In this document: positions 53,181 through 58,464 of the stretch, one piece after another | Numbering within the stretch: the first letter of the stretch is position 1 | How the letters are laid out: every line of letters begins with the position of its first letter | DNA from: a virus | Strand: one strand, 5' to 3' | DNA: 58,464 nucleotides | Virus record (IMG/VR): IMGVR_UViG_3300021400_000097 | Notes under the pieces: model-generated | Seen by the model: the letters and a program-made list of their open reading frames with translations, nothing else | The model's database searches: none | Told to the model about the DNA's origin: nothing | Program-made: the position numbers and the translations under genes

Positions 53181-53935
53181 TTGGAGCAATTATTGGTGAC
53201 GTGATTGGATCACGCTTTGAGTTTAACAACACCAGGGATTACAACTTTGAGCTGTTCACAGCACAGAATAGCTACACAGATGATACGATCTGCACGCTGG
53301 CTATAGCTGATGCTATACTGTCTCTGGAGAGCTTTCAGGATAAGCTCCTGGAGTGGTGTAGGCTCTATCCTCATCCGATGGGTGGATATGGTGTCAGCTT
53401 TGCACGCTGGATAGCCTCCAATGATCCGCTACCATACAACAGCTTTGGCAATGGATCAGCAATGAGAGTGAGCCCTGTAGCCTGGGCTTTTGATGATCTG
53501 AAAGATGTGATCGACTGGGCAATAAAGACTGCATCCGTGACACACAACCATCCAGAGGGCATCAAGGGAGCTGTGGCAGTGGCTCATGCTATCTGGTATT
53601 TCCGTTTCTGTGACACACATCTGTCATACTTTATAAAGACGATGGAGGAGTATTACCCTGGCTTTATGGATCAGGCGTTTACTCCAGGTAAGTTTGATGA
53701 GACGTGCCAGGGCACCGTTCCCCTATGCCTCCAGATCGTATGCAACTCACACAGCTTTGAGGATGCTATCAGAAAGGCTATCTCCTTTGGTGGTGACAGT
53801 GATACCATTGGTGCCATTGTAGGATCTATAGCAGAGGCTCGTTTCGGAATCCCTCAGGAGTTTATTGATAAGGTTTTAACGTACCTGGATCCTCGGATGA
53901 TTGATCAGCTCAGGATCTGGCAAAAATTTCATTAA
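53177..53935 (+). CDS. ADP-ribosylglycohydrolase (ARH/DraG family)
   Basis: 252 aa. MIGAIIGDVIGSRFEF, YTDDT, FGNGSAMRVSP, THNHPEG and GGDSDTIGAIVGSIAEARFG match the ARH family signatures. Confidence 0.85.
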   Translation: MIGAIIGDVIGSRFEFNNTRDYNFELFTAQNSYTDDTICTLAIADAILSLESFQDKLLEWCRLYPHPMGGYGVSFARWIASNDPLPYNSFGNGSAMRVSPVAWAFDDLKDVIDWAIKTASVTHNHPEGIKGAVAVAHAIWYFRFCDTHLSYFIKTMEEYYPGFMDQAFTPGKFDETCQGTVPLCLQIVCNSHSFEDAIRKAISFGGDSDTIGAIVGSIAEARFGIPQEFIDKVLTYLDPRMIDQLRIWQKFH

Positions 53936-53940
53936 GCGAT

Positions 53941-54261
53941 ATGGCAAAGGATTGGAATAAGCAAGGGTTTTTCTCTGGTATCACAGAGGATTATTCTAAC
54001 TACAGGTGGTTTAAGGGTGAAAGCAAAAACCCTTACCAGGAAGATCAGGAGCGACCTCTGGCAGCTCAATTCTGGGAGTATGAGAGAGATTTCCACATGG
54101 ATTATCTGGATCGTGCTGATACCAGCGTGAGCCTGGCAGACGCTTACAAGCAGTGGAAAGCTGAGCTGATCCAGGAGCATCTACCAGGTAAATCACCTAA
54201 TCCGTATGGTGATCAGACAGACTGGGCAAAGAGCTTTGAATCTGGTAAGAGGGAGAGTTAG
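53941..54261 (+). CDS. Hypothetical protein (106 aa)
   Basis: ATG-started. Last gene of the plus-strand island, convergent with 54258..54578. Confidence 0.5.
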   Translation: MAKDWNKQGFFSGITEDYSNYRWFKGESKNPYQEDQERPLAAQFWEYERDFHMDYLDRADTSVSLADAYKQWKAELIQEHLPGKSPNPYGDQTDWAKSFESGKRES

Positions 54262-54578
54262 GATCTCAGATACTTTAGGAATGCAAAAGGGTTTCGGTTA
54301 CTCAGGTAGTCGGAATCCTTTTCGTTTGTGTACGCCTCTCTTTCAAAGGATATGTTCCTGTAGGCATTACCTTTCATAAAGAGCCTTATGATCCATTCCA
54401 GCACGTACCAGAGGTAGAACGGTATATATAATAGTTCCCTCATCTGTGCTGTATGGATCTTTTCATGGTTGATCACCTGTGGGGATATGTAGCTATCTCC
54501 ACGCACAAACAGGATCCCAAACAGATTGATAGCCAGGAATCCCTTGAACGGAATAATGTTGTTTCTTACGATCTTCAT
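54258..54578 (-). CDS. Small membrane protein with an HExxH motif (106 aa)
   Basis: NHEKIHTAQMRE plus hydrophobic segments. ATGA overlap with the stop of the MuF-ART gene. Confidence 0.55.
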   Translation of the reverse strand: MKIVRNNIIPFKGFLAINLFGILFVRGDSYISPQVINHEKIHTAQMRELLYIPFYLWYVLEWIIRLFMKGNAYRNISFEREAYTNEKDSDYLSNRNPFAFLKYLRS

Positions 54579-57046
54579 ATTTCCTCCATTTCTACTACCC
54601 AGCCTCTACCAAAACCATATTTCTGTGTGGTTTCCTGGTACACAGCCGTTACCTTGAACTTAGCACCAGCACGAAAGACAATCTCATTCTCGGATCTGTA
54701 GTGTGATATGGGCTTTATGTCGGCTCCATGCTTTGACTTGATCACGTACATAAAGTTATCACCAAAGATCTTTGTGGTGTCTATGCTGGTAGTGGAGCTC
54801 ATCAGAGCCTTATTGACGTATGGCTGACCTGTTGCCAGGCAATCCTGGAGCGTCTTGATGTGCTTTGCCATTGTAGCGGTGTCAAAGGTTATGCCAGAGA
54901 ACACTGTGCCCTGGTATCTGGGCATCTTTTCCAAAGCAGCGTTACAAGCCTGGATAAACTTAGGGCACAATCCTCCGTAATCCTCCACAACACCGTGGTA
55001 CTCATCAATCACTCCATAACTATAGCGGTTGATCCACTTGGATCCGTAAGAATACCTGTTGATCAGTCCCAGCTCCTCCACTGGTATTCCATATTCCTTG
55101 CTGAATTGCTCCATTGCTGACAGCTCAGAGCTTTTCAGGTGCCATTTACCACCTACAGGTGTCATAGCACTGGTATTCTCTGGAGCCTCCAGGTACTCTT
55201 TGAGAGCCTTAGCAGCACTCTCCTCAGTCTCACCATTCAGTTTCAGGATCTTTCCCTGGTGGGAGTGGTATTTCTTAGCCAGCTCTTTCTTATAGTCTGC
55301 CAGCGTCTGGTAGGCAGAATCTACAGCATAGTGCCATTGTGATCCGTGCTTTGCCATTGCATCATCATAAGCAGCCTGGAGCCTTGCAACCTCCATCTTT
55401 TCAGCATCAGTAGCGAAAAGATCTATGGTGGATCCATCACCACCCTGTGCAACCAGCTTTTTGAGCCTTGCTTTCTCAATCTCCTGGATCTTCGTTGCAG
55501 CCTTTCCTGTCAGGTCTCTTATCAGAGCTGGATCCTCACCCTTTGCTATGGCATCCTGGAGCTGTGCCTGGAGATCTTTCAGCGGTTTGCTCTTGCTCTT
55601 ATACACCAGGACACTCTGGGCATCGTTGGTAGCTGTCTGGATCTCCAGTTTCTTCTCTACCTTTGCCAGCTCCTCCTGGAGCATCTTAGCCATTTCCTGG
55701 GATGTCGGAAACTTATTCTTATCAGCTACCCATTGAGCCTCAAATTTGAGTTTCTTCACCTGGTAAGCCAGATCACCACCAGCGATCTTAGCCTTGAAAG
55801 CATCAAAGGCATCATAGAGTTTCTGTACTGCCTCCTCACCATATTGCTTTACCAGAGCCTGGTGGTGTAGCTCCTCTGGTGTCGGTGGATTGAGCACCTT
55901 GTTTACCAGATCCTGGTTATCCTTGACGAAATAAGGCAGCGTTCCCTTTTCCTGGGCTTTAGCCATCCTCTCCTGTGTCTTAGGATCCTCCAGCCAGTTC
56001 TTAAAGCCCTCAGGAGCCTCAGAAACGGTGTTTCCTGATGTGACAGACAGACTGCCAGGCTCCTCACCAGAGAGGATCTTATCCACCATATCATCCATTT
56101 CCTCCTGGGTTGCCAGCACTGGTACCATGTAGCACCTACAGTTAGGGTGCCAGCCAGTCCACTTGAACGTCTTAGGGTAGATACCTTTCAGGGCATCACA
56201 TATATCTGGCTCTGGGTGATTGTTGCTCAGTTTGATCTCCACGCCCACAACAAAGTCCAGCTGTTGCCAGCGTTCAAAATCGGAATCCCTGTAGGCTATA
56301 TTGGTTTCAGATCGTGCAAGCCTCTGAGCGTTCCTGTAGCTGGATCTGTACACGCCCTGACCTGGATGGTAGTGTTTAGGATCGTCATTGATCCATTTGT
56401 AGATACCCTCCTCCTTATCAAAGATCCTACGTTTCCACACACGCCCATAGATAGGGTTTCCATCCTCATCCTCTCCTACCTTGATACGGAAACGCCTGTA
56501 CCACCTATCAGGATCCTGTAGGTATTGCTGGATCTTGGATGCAAGCTGGTTGGATGGTGTGCCCTCTCCTATAGCCAGATCCAGGGTACCCTCCAGCTCT
56601 CCTTTGTATTGGCTGGTGTATTTCCATACCTTTTGTGAGAGATCCAGCCCCTGGGTTTTCCTGGCAAAGAAAGCATCCATAGCCTCCCTGTTCCTGAGAA
56701 AGTATTTTGCAAAGTGGTTATCCTCAATGGAGCTTGCACCAAAGATCTGCTTTACCAGCTCATCATTATTCTCTGAGGCAAACATCCATTCCTTTTCCAC
56801 ACCCTCCCTGATCGTCTGGTACACACGGCTGTACATATTCCTGAGGATCGGCTGTACCTCCTCAGTATATCCGTACTCAGAGAAAGAGAAAGGAGTGCCC
56901 TCCTCCAGCTGTGTGCCTTTCACCAGGTCTATGATTTTACCCAGTGAATCACGATAGATGGAGCGCACAGCAGCAGCATAGCCCTCTGTACGTTGAAAGA
57001 GAGCTTGCTGGAGAGCCTTACCACTCATGTACTTTCCATTTGCCAT
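54575..57046 (-). CDS. MuF / SPP1 gp7-like head morphogenesis protein fused to a C-terminal ADP-ribosyltransferase-like toxin domain (823 aa)
   Basis: The N-terminal third has the MuF motif WHPNCRCYMVPV. A long helical linker follows. The C-terminal roughly 150 aa carry an R-S-E triad pattern: PRYQGTVF, LMSSTTS and SENEIVF. Confidence 0.8.
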   Translation of the reverse strand: MANGKYMSGKALQQALFQRTEGYAAAVRSIYRDSLGKIIDLVKGTQLEEGTPFSFSEYGYTEEVQPILRNMYSRVYQTIREGVEKEWMFASENNDELVKQIFGASSIEDNHFAKYFLRNREAMDAFFARKTQGLDLSQKVWKYTSQYKGELEGTLDLAIGEGTPSNQLASKIQQYLQDPDRWYRRFRIKVGEDEDGNPIYGRVWKRRIFDKEEGIYKWINDDPKHYHPGQGVYRSSYRNAQRLARSETNIAYRDSDFERWQQLDFVVGVEIKLSNNHPEPDICDALKGIYPKTFKWTGWHPNCRCYMVPVLATQEEMDDMVDKILSGEEPGSLSVTSGNTVSEAPEGFKNWLEDPKTQERMAKAQEKGTLPYFVKDNQDLVNKVLNPPTPEELHHQALVKQYGEEAVQKLYDAFDAFKAKIAGGDLAYQVKKLKFEAQWVADKNKFPTSQEMAKMLQEELAKVEKKLEIQTATNDAQSVLVYKSKSKPLKDLQAQLQDAIAKGEDPALIRDLTGKAATKIQEIEKARLKKLVAQGGDGSTIDLFATDAEKMEVARLQAAYDDAMAKHGSQWHYAVDSAYQTLADYKKELAKKYHSHQGKILKLNGETEESAAKALKEYLEAPENTSAMTPVGGKWHLKSSELSAMEQFSKEYGIPVEELGLINRYSYGSKWINRYSYGVIDEYHGVVEDYGGLCPKFIQACNAALEKMPRYQGTVFSGITFDTATMAKHIKTLQDCLATGQPYVNKALMSSTTSIDTTKIFGDNFMYVIKSKHGADIKPISHYRSENEIVFRAGAKFKVTAVYQETTQKYGFGRGWVVEMEEI

Positions 57047-57051
57047 ACTCC

Positions 57052-57288
57052 TCAGATCAGACTACCAATAACAATACCAATGGCATCACAGATAAGATCA
57101 TGGAGCTCAGGAGTGCCCTCATGTTTCCTATCATAGAGCTCCTTACCAATGCCAATGATCACCACAACCAGAATTGCAGCCCACAGAGGCATCCAGTTCT
57201 TTAGCACATCCAGGATCAGCGCACTACAGGCTATGTGTAACAGCCCATCTGTGCGCACCCATTCCCAGATCTTCTTAATTACTTTCAT
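57052..57288 (-). CDS. Small membrane protein (78 aa)
   Basis: Two hydrophobic helices. 4-nt overlap with the upstream gene. Confidence 0.5.
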   Translation of the reverse strand: MKVIKKIWEWVRTDGLLHIACSALILDVLKNWMPLWAAILVVVIIGIGKELYDRKHEGTPELHDLICDAIGIVIGSLI

Positions 57289-57587
57289 AGTTCAAACTTT
57301 TTTGTTACGTCTGGCAGATCCACTGTCTGACCTTTCAGCTCATGGGTGCAATCATCCAGGAACTTTATTTTACCATCAGTCACGTAAGAGTGGCAGTAGG
57401 TACGCTCTCCCCTACAGCTACTCTCTACAGCTATAGACGGTCTGATAGTGGGTTTCTCCAGATCTTTGTTAAACTCCCATACAGGAAACTGATCACGTGG
57501 ATCAGTACCTATCTCATGCGGTGTCTTACAGGCTGGGCAAATGAAATAATAAAGCCCAGTGTTTTGCAATCGTCTTATCTTTGGCAT
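57285..57587 (-). CDS. Zinc-ribbon-like hypothetical protein (100 aa)
   Basis: CPACKTPH ... C..H ... C.H pattern. 3 nt after the portal stop. Confidence 0.5.
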   Translation of the reverse strand: MPKIRRLQNTGLYYFICPACKTPHEIGTDPRDQFPVWEFNKDLEKPTIRPSIAVESSCRGERTYCHSYVTDGKIKFLDDCTHELKGQTVDLPDVTKKFEL

Positions 57588-57590
57588 AGC

Positions 57591-58464
57591 TTACTCTCCC
57601 TGTCCGAACACATCTATCTTATTCAGCTCCTGCTGACGCTTGATCTCTTGCTCCATCCTCTCAGCTTGCTCCTGCTTGATCAGATCATACTCTTTCTTAG
57701 CATCCTTGATCAGGTAAGAGAGCTCCAGCATGGTCTGGGTACTCATACCACCAGCACCAAACTGTTTCAGGATGTCATTCAGAGTGTCTGAAACATCATC
57801 ACCAAACGGCTCCTGGAACTCATGCCCTACCATCAGAGCCTCATACTGAGCTTTGTGGGCATAGTCCAGAACATTGCCCAGGATAGCCAGCATGATATTG
57901 GCGTGTCGATTCATGTAGCCATCGTGGGTTTCCTTACGTTTCTCAGCCTTGATCACTGCCAGCAGCATCACCTTACGGATAGCCTTAGCAGAGAGGTTAC
58001 TGAGTGATTTCATATTGTCGAAATCAATGTTAGGAGTGAACGATTTACTTAGTATATGCTTATCCAGACGCTCATACTCATTCTGCTTGCTCTGGCTTGC
58101 CTGATCCCATGTAAGATACTCAACCTTACCACCATTTTTCAGGATATACAGCTTAGCCTCATCCTCAGCCTTTGGCAGAGAGTTAAGGATCTCAGAGGTG
58201 GCAACCATAGCTGGGTTAGCAAAGCGATCATTCACATCTGCATCTGTTGATTCCAGTGCCTCTGTGCGCTCGATCATAGGCTGTACACCATCATGCTCTA
58301 CCTCCTGTTCAAACATCAGCACAGGTATCTTTCCAATAGGATTCTGCTTAACCAGCACCTCCCAGCCGATATTGGAACGCTTGCACCTGTAGATGGTATC
58401 GTCTGTGTATATATCCAGGTGGTGAACGGTCTTATTGCCAGCCTCAGTGAGATAGTAGCCCCAG
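57591..58464 (-). CDS. Portal protein, C-terminal part (the last 107 nt duplicate 1-107)
   Basis: The track ORF 57591..58358 begins at an internal GTG. The frame stays open upstream to the window end and joins 673..1. Confidence 0.8.
   Translation of the reverse strand, partial: WGYYLTEAGNKTVHHLDIYTDDTIYRCKRSNIGWEVLVKQNPIGKIPVLMFEQEVEHDGVQPMIERTEALESTDADVNDRFANPAMVATSEILNSLPKAEDEAKLYILKNGGKVEYLTWDQASQSKQNEYERLDKHILSKSFTPNIDFDNMKSLSNLSAKAIRKVMLLAVIKAEKRKETHDGYMNRHANIMLAILGNVLDYAHKAQYEALMVGHEFQEPFGDDVSDTLNDILKQFGAGGMSTQTMLELSYLIKDAKKEYDLIKQEQAERMEQEIKRQQELNKIDVFGQGE

Overview
The window is a complete temperate siphovirus-like phage genome of 58,357 bp. It was assembled as a circle: the first 107 nt are repeated exactly at the end, and the portal gene runs through the junction. 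TAnnTTTG -7 boxes, a GH108 lysin and a Bacteroides-type tyrosine integrase suggest a Bacteroidota host. Most genes are on the minus strand.

Modules, by coordinate:
- Packaging: terS, terL and portal (0.0-2.6 kb, plus 57.6-58.4 kb).
- Early region (3-18 kb): ParB-like, RuvC-like, MazG-like and DnaC-like proteins, a replisome organizer, and NinB / MBL / RecT / Rad50-like recombination genes.
- Lysogeny (17.9-21.5 kb): Cro/CI-type switch, a repeat array, the integrase and a tRNA-Arg(CCT).
- Lysis cassette (21.8-23.6 kb).
- Diversity-generating retroelement, DGR (24.4-27.2 kb).
- Tail fibre, Dit, tape measure, frameshifted chaperone, tail and head genes (27.7-47.3 kb).
- A 7-kb plus-strand accessory island (47.4-54.3 kb), inserted between the scaffold gene and a MuF-type head protein.

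Main findings:
1. The single DGR template repeat matches two variable regions. One is in the tail-module target. The other is 13.7 kb away, in a small early-region protein. All 27 mismatches fall at template adenines, and no Avd-like gene is visible.
2. The MuF protein carries a C-terminal ADP-ribosyltransferase-like domain, and an ADP-ribosylglycohydrolase gene lies nearby.
3. A palindrome, TGTGTT-N5-AACACA, recurs at seven intergenic or promoter positions.
4. Nine exact 14-bp repeats lie beside the integrase gene.
5. A canonical -1 frameshift site (G GGT TTT) sits in the tail chaperone gene.
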